A stretch of DNA of 64,000 bases. It comes from the human T2T-CHM13v2.0 reference genome, Homo sapiens. Under the pieces are notes generated by a model. The model was not told the DNA's origin. It was given only the letters and a program-made list of their open reading frames with translations, and ran no database searches. Below, in pieces: positions 15,546 to 28,845 of this stretch (positions are counted from its first letter, which is position 1; each line of letters starts with the position of its first letter). The DNA is taken from NCBI RefSeq assembly GCF_009914755.1, contig NC_060936.1. The stretch is one strand, 5' to 3'. Both the position numbers and the translations under genes were made by a program.

Positions 15546-18500
15546 TGGAGGTGAGGATGGCAGGAGAGGGAGCCACACCGTAAATCCTTTACGGCCAACA
15601 GGATGAGGCTGGGTGGTCCTGAGGCTTCAGCCCCTTCGGGCAGCTCTGAGGTCACCAAGGAGGGAATGCACAGGAGCCTGGCGCGGGAAGCAGTGTCTGT
15701 CTCAGCTACTCCAGTGTCGGCTGCTGGTTTGGTAGTGGGAGTGATGATGTCACTTAGTTGCCTGAGGTTTGCTGTCGAGGATGTCTCAGCAAGGGTACTG
15801 GGGGGGAGGAGCTGCAGGAGGCGATGAGTGAGAGGCTGCGCTCCAAGCTTCTCCTCCTCAGTGGAATGTGGTATGCCAGGAAGGCAGGGGTTCACCCCGT
15901 GGAAGGCTCCTAACTCCTCCCCTCCACACAGGCTCCACCTGGGCCGCAGAGGGGTGAAGCAGCTGAGACTCACCTCTGCCCCTCAGCTGAAGCCATCCCA
16001 CTCAGGGAGTAGCCAGTGATCACCTCCCCAAGAGGAGGACGCTGGAGGGGCCTTGACCCTGGCAGCTCTCTGGAATCCAAGTCTCGGTCTCCCTTTTTGG
16101 CTTTCCCCCAGCCTGAGAATGGTCCAGAGGGGAGAATGGACCCAGAGTGAAAGCACTCATTGGCCCCTCTGACCCCCTGCTTTCTTGAATAAGCAGCTGA
16201 AACCTCGGGAGGCCTGGCCCCTTTCCCACACGTTCCCAGTCTCCGCTCTCTTTCTGTCTGGGCCTCCTCAGCCCAGCTGCTCCAGCTTCACAAAGCCAGA
16301 TGGTTTCTCTCATCCCCCTACCCTTTCTTCTGGTGATTTTCAGCCAGAAGTTGACGCATATATAGTGGAGCCCCTCTTGACTGGGTTAGACAGTCTCTCG
16401 CCCTGGCCGAGTGAGTTTCTCCCACTGTCGGTTGCCCCAGCCCTCCCTGGCCTTCCCCAGCCAGTGGCAGCTGCAAGCACCCAGCCCTTTCCCTGCAGAC
16501 TCTTTCCCACCCAGTCCTGAGCTGGCCCTAAGAAGGCAGCAAGCGCAGGTGAGGTCTGGAGTTAGTCGCTGCTGCGAGCCCCCATAGGGCGTGTCCCGTG
16601 AGCCATGGGGCACCCAGACACTCTTTTCCACAGTCGATTGGACTTCTGTCTAGACTTCCCCATCAGCATTTTATTGCCCTAGTGACAGAAATCTAACAGC
16701 CGTGAGCCCCTCTGGGTTCTTAGCTGACCCCCTCTGGGGTGCAGAGCCTTGTCCAGCTGCTGGCCAGACTTGCCGCCTCATGGCCTCCATGCCACTTCCG
16801 AAGTGGAGGCAGCCTCCTCACCACAGCTCCTCTCCAGACTTCCTGCCGGCGCCCTTGCCCTGCACGCTGGTCTCTGCTGGGCCCGACAGGCCTTACCACA
16901 GCCATCTGGGGCTGTGGATCCTGTCTGCCACCACACACAAAGGACGTGGCTGGCATTTTCAGAGGATCAGCTAAGAATGGGGCAGCAGTTCAGTTGCCAC
17001 AGTCTTGTCTGCTTTGAAGCCCCTGTTATCTTTCAGGAAAGAGGAAATGAAGGCAGTGAAGCCTTGGCCTTGGCTGCTTCTCAGAGAGTAGAGAGGCAGA
17101 AAGAGGAGCGGTTTCTCCGGTCCCCCACCTGTTGTCCTGAGGAATCCATCAACGAGGCCCTGGGCACTTCCTTTATCGAGAGTGAGGGATGAGTCAGGAC
17201 TAGTCGGTAGCCTGGTGAATGAGATGCTACCAGAACCAGAGCTGCTCGGGACCCTGGAGGTCAAATGCTGGCTCTCTCTTGGGGCCACTCTTCATAGCAC
17301 AGCTCTGGGCCCAGCCTTGCCCCGGTCTCACTGACACATATGCCAGCTAAGCTATAGGGAGGGCCAGGGGGCTCTGGAATGGTCGTCCTAGTGGCGAGCA
17401 CCTGGAGTTCGTGTGCCAAAACCAGCCCGCTCTGCATCGTGAAGGCTCTGAGCTGACAGAGGCTGTTGCTGGCCTTGGACTTTCCACACTCAGGGGCAGC
17501 CGTCCTCGTATCCAGTGTGCCCATGTGGGGGCAGGGATCCTGTGGCTTCCAGAGCAGTCTTTTCTCTGCAGGCTCTGCTGTTCTTAGGACTGGTTTCTGC
17601 TCTTACAAATGATTCTTGGCCCTGACATGGGTGGCCACAGGCCCTGCGGAGGGGAGAAATCTTTGGGGATACCCTGAGGATGTGGCTCAAATGGAAGGGT
17701 CATCACCAGCTGCCTTGTTTTCACTGGGCTTGTGTCGAAAGGCACAGATGAGGGCTGAGTTGGGGCTGTAGGTTCGCATATGGATGGGCAGAGGGAAAGT
17801 TGGAATGAGGAGGTGGCTGCATGGGGAAGAACACTTGCTTCCATAGAGAAACAACAGCCCAGTTTCTCATCTACTCTGTCAGCTCTGTCCATGTCTAGAA
17901 ACTTCTGTCCTTTAGATTTAGCATCTGGCCTCTTTGGGCAAATAGCTTTCGTCACATGACCCGAAGATACTGTGGTCCCTCCTCCAGCCAGCTTGGGGTT
18001 CTCCAGGGGCATCCATGCCCTGTGCAGATGCAAGGGGACTTTGGAGGCTGAGGGTCCGGATTGCTCAGGTGTGGACCTGCTGTTTTAGGTGTTGGAGTCT
18101 GTGGCGCCAGGAGTGAGCTGCTCCCAGGAAAGGGACCAGATTCTGACATTCCCCTGGCAGGTGGAGAAGTTGGGAGGGCACCCTCAGCAGACAACTCAGC
18201 CCCCAAGTCAAAGGTCAGATCTGCTTGTCTGAGCAAGGGAAGAGAAACCACCTTTACGAACTGTGGGCCAGGCCTCTTTCCCACCCAGGCCAGGGTGTCA
18301 GTCTGGATGGTAATCAGACATGTTCTCTGCCCCCGGGAGGAGGCAAGTGGACGGCACACCAAAGAACAGGCTCCTGAAGGTTGCCAATGGTGACAGAAAC
18401 AGCCACAGGAGAAGAGAGTGCATGAGCCTGTGTCAGACCAGCGGCTCATCAGCCTAAGGAGAGGTGTGGCAAAGGCCACGAGGCCCCAAACTGCCCCACC

Positions 18501-21089
18501 GGTGCCCTGGGGCAGCCAGGGCTGAGGCAGTGGGAAGAATGCCAGGGCCAGAATTCCTCTAAAGACACCAATGTGGCCACCTGAGGGGCCAGGGGAACCC
18601 TGCAAGCTAAATCCATCAGGCCTGAGCTGAGCCTGCCCCGGAGGCAGGAGAGACTCCGATGTCCACAGACTCTTCCATGGACTGTTGAGAGACATTTCAG
18701 AACGTGTTCTTAAAAGCTCAGTCAAGGACCAGGAGAAGGAAGGGGAAGTGGGATGGCCAGGAGGAAAGGATGCACACTGGAGCCCGTTCCTCTTTTTGAA
18801 AGCGGAGAATCTTCTAGGAACTTGGTTTGTTTTTCAGTCATGTTTTCGGCAGCAATGACATTGCTGGCTGAAATGTACTTTCTCTCCAACTTGACCTCTG
18901 CCTCCACCTGCACCGCTCACCAGGAATCATCCTCTTCCAACTGTTTTAAATTAGCCATGCACTTCTGTATGATGCAGTAATTTTTGTGAAGTTTTAATTT
19001 TTACAAAGCAAATTTTGCTTTATGTCTTCGCTTCATCATCCACTGACCCCAGATCCCACCCAGAGAGGAAATTCTGGTAGATTGAGACCCAGGAAGCCTA
19101 GATCCCACCTCAGCATCACCTTGAACCAGCCAGGGCTGAGCAGACGGGACAGGAAGAGCTTCCTACAAGCACTTGTTCCTTCCATGTCTGTTTCTCTGTA
19201 AAGTAGGAAGACTGCCTTAGCATACTGTGGTGAGACTGAGTGAGGTCATATCTACAGAGGAATGAAGGCTTCAGGGAAAGTGCCATTCAGATGAAACTCA
19301 GCCGGATCCCTACGCCTGGGGAGTTTGCGCCCAGCCCTCTAACTCAGCACCAAAGGAACTTCACCTCCAGCCTGGGTGTGCCCTCTTGTCTGTGACCATT
19401 TTAAATGGGCCCTTTTGCAATATTGGTATTCTGTCGTCTTTCATCCTGAGCCCATGTATTCTATCCCTTCAGTCTGATTTCTGTCTCACACCATGAAATA
19501 ACTTTAAGGCTCATCTTAATGCATCCTTGAAGTTGGGTTGTGCAAGCATCAACGACGCTACCAGCATCTAAACTATCACTCCCCTTTCCTGTGGCTAATG
19601 CAACCCATTAGTCGGCTTTTCAAGCCTTCAGCTCAGTTTTTCACCATTCCCTCTCTTTCTCGGTGTCTAGGCCTTGCCATTCTTCGTATTCTTTATTTCA
19701 AGAACTCTTTGTTTGTGTGACTTGCTTAGTGTTTTGCTGCAGGCTAAAGTTCACCAACAACCCCCAAAATATTTTGTTGAGCAGCTCACGTGCTAGGCGG
19801 TAGGCTTGGTACCAGGGACTCAATCATGAATACAAGCAGGTAGGTAAGGCTACACTTGCCTGGGGCGACTTTGGCCCACTCTTGAGACTTGTAGCATCCC
19901 CAGTTCACCCTCTCATTTGTCACTAGGAAAACTCCTGTCAGCTGGCATTCATATTTCAACTTAAAAGAAGCAGTCGATAATCAATGCCTACACCTGAGAT
20001 CAAGTAACATTTAGAAGCACTGGAGGGAAGCAAACAACATATATTGTCAATGAAGAACCAGACATGAAGCTGGATATTTTACTTGCCTTATCTCATTCAA
20101 TCCATAAGACGAATATTATGGCCTCCCATTTTACATCTGAAGAAACTGGAGGTCAGAAAAAGGCTAAGTCCAGAGCTGGCTTTTTGTTGTTATTGTCAGT
20201 TTGTAACAAACACCATCCTGCTTAGTATGCACCCTACACTGCTCTAAGCACCTTAATAGGAATGCATTTAATCATTGTAAAAATCCTGGGATTCTATTGC
20301 AGGCTTAGGTGACTCAAAAGCCACTCTTTCCACGACAACCCTATTAAAACAAGAAATGTGAATAAGCCATGTTGTTGCTATGCGCTTAGTGAGTCCTCAG
20401 TAAATGTTAGCTGTCTTCCTTCTAAGATCCGAGACAGAAAGAAAGAAAGCCATTCTCGAGTCACCACCCTCTGGAATGGAAAGTGTTCACTCCACTCCTG
20501 TGTCCTGCCACCTTCTCTGAGGCTCCTTGCCGCCCTTCCCTCTCATTCAGCCATTCTGTCTGTGGCCCCTGCATTCCCTAGATTGCTTTGGACCTTTGAA
20601 TTTTGTTTCCAAATCTGAGTTGACAAGCACTTTCAGGAGAGGGGTAGTCAGCTGACAGGTGGGCTCAGGAAAGTGAAACCGAAGCCTACTACACACTCAT
20701 CTGCATGTGTTTCCACACACACATGCACACACATTTGCAATGGGAAGACTTACACATTGGGGACACAAAAATTGCCAAATTCATCAATGGCGGGAGCTGT
20801 TTCATGTTCATCTCTGTGCCATGAGAGGCATTCAGTGAAAGTTTGATGCATGCATGCATGAATGGATGAATGAGAATTGTGAGCCCGGAAAAGAAAGTCG
20901 GAATATTAGTGTCAGAAAGGATTGAGACCATTGAGCTTCCATCAGTGCAGAAATCTCTACACAGTCCTACTTTCTGCCATACAAGTCTCCTTGTTTCTAG
21001 AGGTAGCTCTGTTGGAAATCCTTCTTTATACTGAATTAAAATGCACCCCTCTGTAACTTCCACTTATCCGTACTTCCTTTTCCATCTTT

Positions 21090-22050
21090 TCTTTCTATAA
21101 GTAGTTCTTGAGCGCCTCAGTGATGATGTTGAAGCATGGTACCATCTTTATAGGGCTCACAGAGTAGTGCGGGAGACACCAATACACAACAAACAAAGGT
21201 TTCAGATGGGGTAAGGGCTGGGGTGGGGAAACTAAAGAGTGTGAGTGAAGAGGCACCTGTTGAAAATAAGGAGGTCAGGAAGGCACCATTTCTGCTGAGC
21301 CCTGGAGGGTGAAAAGGAGCCAGAAGAGGAGCATTTCAGGCAGAAGGAAGAGCAAAGACCCCGAGGCAGGGGCAAGCTCAGCTCGCTCTGGAAACTGAGA
21401 GTGGCGCGTGAAAAGGACTGTGCCAGAGCGCACAGGCCCTTCAGGATCACGGTGAGGGGTGTGCACTTCCTCTGACTGTCCTTGGAAACCGCAGGGATGG
21501 GCCATTCAGTGGGGAGGATTATATAATCTGATTTTCATTTTTTAACCAGCATGCTGGCTGCTCATTGACAAATGACTGGTGTGGTGAGATGGGGAGCAGC
21601 AAGGAGCCTGATGCTGGGAAGGCAGGTGGCAGTGGAAGAGATGGAGCGAGGGGGGCAGAGTCATGACATCACTGGATGGCGAATTGGATGTGAGGGTGAG
21701 GAACAGGAATCAGAGACGGCTCCGGGGTTCCTGGCTTTCCCTGAGTGGATGGAAGAGTGGTGTCATTTGCTGAAATAGAGAAGAACAGGAAGAAACCAGT
21801 TTAAAGTGAGAATGTGGGGATATATTAGGTTAGAAAATGTCACGTAGGCTGTGAAAATCTGGAATTCAGACAGGCGATCTGGGCTGGAGATGTATTTTAG
21901 GAGTCAGCGCCATCTATTCCCTCTGAAGATAGAAACTCCAAGAATCCTGTCCAGAAGCCTTCAAGTCCTGGGAGAAGAGTTGGAGAACATGCAGAATCAC
22001 AAGGAAACTGGGAGAGAAGAGAGGAAGGAGAAGGAAAGGGGTCTGGAGGC
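21090..22050 (-). mobile_element. L2 LINE fragment
   Basis: L2-typical reverse-strand segments (gaattggatgtgagggtgagg; tggtgtcatttgctgaaatagagaaga; ctggaattcagacagg...gggctggagatgtattttaggagtcagc); ends approximate. Confidence 0.7.
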
Positions 22051-24214
22051 CAAGAGCCAGGAAGGCTGAAATGAGGGGTGGAGAAGAAAATATCATTCCC
22101 CAGGATAAGAGTAGGGATGAGTTAAGCCAGCTGCGGAGAAGAAAGAAACGGTCCTCCAGGCCTTCTAGAAACTGAGGACAGGCAGAGGGAGGCCAGAATG
22201 CTGCCCTGCTGTCCAGAGGGTGACATGAAAAGGGCCGGACAGAGGCCAGTGTGTGCAGGCCCTTCAGGACCACAGTGAGGAGTGTGGACTTCCTCTGACT
22301 GTCCTTGGAAACCACAGGGATGGGTCATTCAGTGGGGGAACTGCATAATCTGATCTGGGGTCTTCAGTGTGCACCTTTACCCTCACCCACGTCCTCCCAT
22401 ACTGAGCATCACAGAGGTCCCTGACTCTGCCCCTCCTTCTCCCATACTAGAAATCCTTGCCCTGGAGGAGCTCAAAAGCCAGGCCTTCCCAGACCTTGCT
22501 GGACATGTTTGCGACAGAACCAGGGCCCTTTCCTTTTCCCAGCTGTGCAGAATTGAATTTGCAGTCCTCATGATTCCATAAAAGGAGTTTCCAAGACAGA
22601 CCTTCTGCACTTCTCTTTGGCTAAGAGGTTCTTTGCTATAAAAAACACAGGATAATGGGGGAGTGTACCCCGCCCCCAGCCCAATGCTGAAGCTAGGGAC
22701 AGGCGTTCTCATACAGCTCTCTTCTTTCCTTCACAATCTTTCCTCTCTCCTCGCTCTGCCCACCACCCACCACCTCACCTGTGTTCCGCCCCTACAATGG
22801 TCAGGGCAGCCTGAGGCTCATAAGTCTGGCCGGCTCAGTTTTCCATCTCCTGGTGGCCTTCTGTGGGGCCTCAGGACAGATCTTCAGGGCCAGTGGCTGT
22901 TCTCAGCCTCGTGGGGATAACCCTGACCACAGCAAGAAATGCCCTGCTCTTGGAGTCACTTTTGAGGAAGACGTTTTCATCTCTATGTAGTCTTTCGATG
23001 TACAGGGAAATGCCTTAAAATCTTTTGCAGGAGCCCAGGCCTTCGTCGTTCACTGCTCTGTGTTCAGCCCTGCTCTTTGGGAAGGTATTCAAGAACAGTC
23101 TAAGATGTTGCCTGAAGAAAAAAAAGTGGCAGTCTAGTGGGACAAGGGTTTAGGATTTGGGATGAAAGGAAAGTGGCTGTGATTGGGTCACGTTCAAACA
23201 TCGAGACTGTTGGTTCCTGCCTGGCATTCTCCCTCCCATCCCTCCCCTGCCGTAGCCTCTCTGGGTCCCTGCAGAAGCTTCGCTGTTCCTCGTGGTTCTG
23301 CTTGGTCCTGAGTGCCCCCACGAGCCTCTCCGTGGTTCCCCATTGTCCACAGAGGAAGCTGCTCTGGCCGGCCCCGTCCTCCAGCCCTTGTCTCCTTTTC
23401 AGAGCCACCCATGCTCTCACCTTTTCCGTGTAATAAATAATAAACACCTCTAGTGCTGCATCCTTCAAGCTGCCTCCCGAGATCAGCCTGGCTAGAAGTG
23501 GTCTCCACCACCTCTGAGCTCCCAGAGCACCCTTTTCCCTCTTTTCTGGTACTTAATCAGAGCTCTTGATGGAAATGTCTCATCCTTCCAGCAGGACTGG
23601 AAAGTCTTTGAGCAGGACTGTCTCTTGGTGGCATCCACACTGACCTCCTTCCAAATGCTAGCCCAGGAATGCCGTGTGCCTGTCATCTCTGTCAGTGTCA
23701 GCTGAATGAAGGCCAACGGAAGACAAGACAGGCAGCTTCCTCTGGGGTGCCCCTCCTCGCAAAAGTGACTCCAGCCCCTGGCTCACAAGCTCCGGCATCC
23801 AGCAAGGACACCCCCTTCAGTTCTCCACCCACCACAGGAGCTTGTCACTCTCTGGGGTGGTCTGCCGGAAGAGAAAGCAGAGATGGAAGGCAAAGACAGT
23901 GGCTCCGGAGCCGCCATCCGTGCCGTGCTCAGCAGGACTTAGCAGCATGGCCACCCAGGTCAGGGAAATTCTGGCTCAAGTGTGCTCAGACAGTTCAGTG
24001 CAGAACTCAGGGCCAGTGAGAGGTGCTGGGCCCTGAGACTACCTCAGGCCAAAGTTCTGAAATTCAACCCTCCCAGGCTCATTGGAGGATGGGGTCCTTG
24101 TTTGGGGGTTTGTTTTGTGTCATTGGTTTTTTGTAACGCCGATGAACACTTCCACAGACCTAGTGTTCTACAGAACACAGTTCTGGAAATCTGTAGGGCG
24201 TCACCATGATTCGG

Positions 24215-24310
24215 GGAGGTAAAACTGACATTTAGTGTTTAGCGGGTGGGACTGAGGATGCTGAAAGTCCCACAACGTGTGAGAGGGTTCTGCCCAGTGA
24301 AGGAGCATCC
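24215..24310 (+). mobile_element. MER20-like hAT DNA transposon fragment
   Basis: actgacatttagtg...ggatgctgaaagtcccacaacgtgtgagag resembles the MER20/MER20B interior. Confidence 0.5.
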
Positions 24311-25645
24311 TTGGGCCCTGTGGAATGTTTGGGAAATACTTATCCAAGGAGCACCCTTCATGGGTGATGTTCAGTGACACTGATAGTGGGGGAGTCTTCA
24401 GTGGCTGGCCAGGGGCCGAGGCTCAGCAAGGATAACACTGCCACTAGAAATATGACCGTATCTTGGATTGTATGACTGCATTTCCTCACTAACCTGGAAT
24501 ATTCACATTGAAGAACTTGAAGAGCAAGCAAGAATTTTATTTCAAAAATCGTACGGAAACCTAGACATTCTCTTGGGCTAGGTCTTCAATCCTTTCTGGA
24601 CCCAGTGCTCTTCTTTTTGGAATAGTCTCCGCACCCACTGTATACTCCATGTCCCTACAGAGCTCCACAGCGCCCCGTGGTGGCCAGTGTCACCCCCTCT
24701 CTAAGAACCCACACATAGCCTCAGGCTGGCTGACTCAGCGTCTTAGTGACTTTTAGATGAAACCTGTTTATCCAATCTATTGAGAAACTGCAGTGTCTGC
24801 CACCGTCCACAGAAATCCCTAGGTAGAGAAATGCATTAAAAGGAGTAGAAAAGGGACCGGGAAAGAAGGGCAGCAGCTGCGGATGAAATGCGGCAACTCT
24901 TGCCCCAGCCTTCGCCATCGGCACAGAATTCAGAGGCCAAAGCTGTGTGGGCCAAGCTCCCGCATTCCCCTGATTATTATTTATTTGCAGAGTGCCCACG
25001 GGGCACCGGGTGCCACGCAGTGCTCCTTAGACAGGCAGGCCCCAGCTTTGCCAGGAGGACCTTCCCCCGCTCCCCCCGCCCCCCATGGCTCTGCACTCAG
25101 GGATTTGCATTTTGTTACAACACTGTGACAGGTTTCTTTCCGGCCTTGTGCTGGAGAGCTTAAAAGTCACTATGAAGCATAAAAAATAATTATATGACTT
25201 GCATAAAGCCTTCATGTGGGAAGGCTAGTATTAGCTATTACATTTAATTATTTAATGTAGGAAATTATTCACACGGTGTAAAAAAGCCCGGTGGGAAAGT
25301 ACACTGTGGTTTCCGTCTCTGGCCCTGCCACAGGGAAGGAAACTGGAACACACCGGTCTGGTAGGAAGAAGAGGGATTCCCAGACCTACAGGGTGCGTCG
25401 GCGATAACCCGACCCACCAAAGCCCGAGGTGCTGCCAGTGCTTCCGGCCCTGCGCTGGGTCAGCCTGCCTTAGGGGCAGGAAGGACCTTCTGTGACACAG
25501 GCTGCGGGCAGTACAGGAAGGTAGCCTCTCAGCAAGAACCCCACCAACAACAGCAATAGTAGCAACTGTAGCAATCAGTGAGCACGTTCTCGGTGCCAGA
25601 CAGGGCAGGTGTGAACTTATATCATTCTCACAAAGCCCTATAAGG

Positions 25646-25956
<311 letters not shown>

Positions 25957-28601
25957 CCCTACAAGGGCAAGTACTCTGGTTATTCCCATGTTGCAGGTAG
26001 GGAAGCTGAGGCACAGAGAAGTTAGGTAACCTGCCTGCACAACCCGAGGCTCATTGTGGGAAGTGAAGGCGGTCTATCATTTTATTCACATCTTGTTCAA
26101 GAGTGTGGGTGCAGGTTGCCGGCCAGATGCCCTGGCCATGCCTGGAGCTGGGCATGGCTCCCTCCCCCACAGCCACCTCTGCCCAGCGCCCTGCCTGGCG
26201 TACCTGTGCTCTCTCCAGGAGCACTCGCCCACTAGGTTAGAGAGGGCACAAGGCAGGAGTGACAGGATGGGCTGTGGGAGCTTTCTGAGAGTGCTGAGCA
26301 GGAAGGGACCTCTCTGTTTGGGGTTTGGAAAGCTCTCTCCATGGCCTTGGTCCTGTGGATTGGACTGGAAGGGGTTCTAGGCAGGCAGGCGGTTTTGAAG
26401 GCTGCCACAGATTCAAGCCCTCCCATAGCAAAGGAGAGATTGCTCCTCCTTGTTCCAGCCACATCTGATGCTGCTTGTTTCCTGCCTTCCCTTCTTCAGA
26501 GTGCATGGTGCTGTTCATTTGAGCTTAAAGTTGCCTGTGTGCATGGCCATGTGTCTGCCTAGCCTTATCCCTCTCCAAGGAGGCATTGATTCAGCACCCT
26601 AGTCCTGGAGGCACCTTTGCAGAAAACGGCTCATTTATTCCAGCATGAGTAGTGTGAAGCAGCTATTGGGATCCCCCAATCTACCCAGGTACAAACTGAG
26701 GCAGAAAAAGAGCCTCCTGAGACCCCCAAATGGAGCTTAACCCATAACCCCAAATTTTCATCTGCTCTCAGTGGGGAAGATGGCAGGCTTCAGGAGGGCT
26801 GATTCATATTCGTATGCCCAAGCCTTGCATAGTTACAGGCCTCTAGTAAGTGCTTATTATGTGTTGATGAGATAAATAAATGAATGAGTAAATAAATGGA
26901 CGAAGGCCTTCAAAAATGTCCTGGGGAGGATAAGCCTTAATTCCAAAGAAAAATGGGAGCAGAAAGTGTCCAGTTAAAAGTGTGCATTCTAAGGAGTGTG
27001 TGTTCCTCCTGCAACTAGGAGAGCAGCCCCCCTCGCCTCCACCCGCCTGGGGTCCTCTCACGAGGCAAGCACCCAGCCCCCTGCCCACTCCTGCCCTTTG
27101 TCCAAGCAGTCCTCAAGCTAGCTGTGCAGCGTGTGTCTTGGGGTGCTTCTGAATTAACACATCACAGGATGGGAGCTGACAGAGGAGGGCAGAAATCCCC
27201 ACCTCCTCCCAGGCTGCTGGCAGCTGTGTGCTCCAGTTATGCCTTCTCCATTAGGCGCCACTAATTTCCATGATTACTGTTATGTCTAAATGGCATCCTG
27301 GTGTAATACAATTTATATTATCTCTGCTTGGTGTCGGTTACCATTGTTTTCATGATATTCAGTGGGATCAACTCTGCATAGACACACAGACACGCACTGA
27401 GACTTCACCACCACCGCCGCCAGCTGCCAGTGGGACCCAGCTCCTCTCCCCGGTTCATTCGGCTCTCATCATTTCTGGGACCCAGAAAAGATCAGTGTTT
27501 CCAGGAGCTGGGCACAGCTCCCTCCCCCACAGCCACCTCTGCCCAGCGCCCTGCCTGGCGCACCTGTGCTCTCTCCAGTGCTTGCTCACTCAAGCAGGAC
27601 CTCTGCTCTCTTGCAGGGACCCCCTTCCCTAGGTCCGGTGAAGCCATCTGTTGCCCCTCCCTCCCTCAGCGCCGCCCCACCGTGGCAGCCTCCAGCTGCT
27701 TCCTGACTGATGTTCCTACCCCTGTCTCCAAGGGCCCTTCAGAGGACCCGTTGTCCTTTTCCACTCTCTGTCTCAATCTCAGCAGCCCCACTTCTAATCC
27801 AGCCCCGAAGTCCTGCAGCCCCTCCAGCCAGCACGCTCCGTGACCCATGTGTCCTAGGAGGGGAAACCAGGTGTTCAGAGTCAGCTTCCCCACAGGGCCG
27901 GGGAACTCAGGAGCTGGCTGCCTCCCCTGTGTTTCTTGGGGCAGATAAGGAAGGCAGGCAGGAAGGAACAGAGAAGAGAAAGAAATGAGTCATGGCAGTG
28001 ACAGCACCCCTGCCCTCCAAATGCCTAAGACTGACAGCACCACCCCAGGCAAGGAGTGAAAGGTGTGCGGACTTCGTCGTGGACGCCTTCTTGCCACCAG
28101 CCTGACTGAAAGCTGGTGCGGCCTCTGCTCTGGGCAGAGAAGGAGCGAAGGACTCGGAATTGAAGGGCAAAGGCATGCACCCGTCACCCCTTCCACAGCA
28201 GTCCCCTCGCAGCTCTCCTGTAACAGACAGAAAATGGGCCCCTGCCACCACCCCTCTCGATAAAAGAAGAGTGGCTTCTAAGAACCTAGCAGTTAACTGT
28301 CTACATGAACTCGAGTCTTACAAAATGCAGCCGTGACAACCTGCACCCTGTCGCCAATCCCAAACAGCGTCAGCCAGATTTCATTCAGGAGAGTTTGAAT
28401 ACTAGTGACCTGGAGGATGGGCAGAAAAGACCTGAGAGACAGACTAAAGGAGAACTCAAGATTCCAGAACCTTCAGCTTCCTCCTTCCTCCTTTCACACA
28501 CCTAGGCTTTGTTTCCCTGCTGTTCAGTCCCACACCCAAAATAGAACCTGTGACTCCTACGTCACTAGGCAGAGCAACGCTGGTAAATAATGACAGTGGC
28601 T

Positions 28602-28845
28602 GACCGGGCGCAGTGGCTCACACCTGTAATCCTAACACTTTGCAGGGCGGAGACAGGAGGATCACTTGAGACCAGGAGTTCCAGACCAGCCTGGGCAACA
28701 TAGCAAGACCTCATCTCTACAAAAAAAAAATTAAACAATTAGAGGGGCGTAGTACTTGGGAGGCTGAGGAGCTTGAGACCACAGTGAGCTATGATCACAC
28801 CACTGCACTCCAGCTGGGGCAACAGAGAGAGACCCTGTCTTTAAA
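28602..28845 (+). mobile_element. AluJ with internal deletions in the right arm
   Basis: Left arm intact (ggaggatcacttgagaccagg...gggcaacatagcaagacc); right arm is missing segments. Confidence 0.9.

Noticed and set aside
17952-18725. 257-aa minus-strand ORF
   Set aside because: No homology I recognise and no coding-like features; chance ORF.
26590-26610. TTCAGCACC half-site (similar at ~19324) as a REST/RE1 element
   Set aside because: The right half-site GGACAG is absent.
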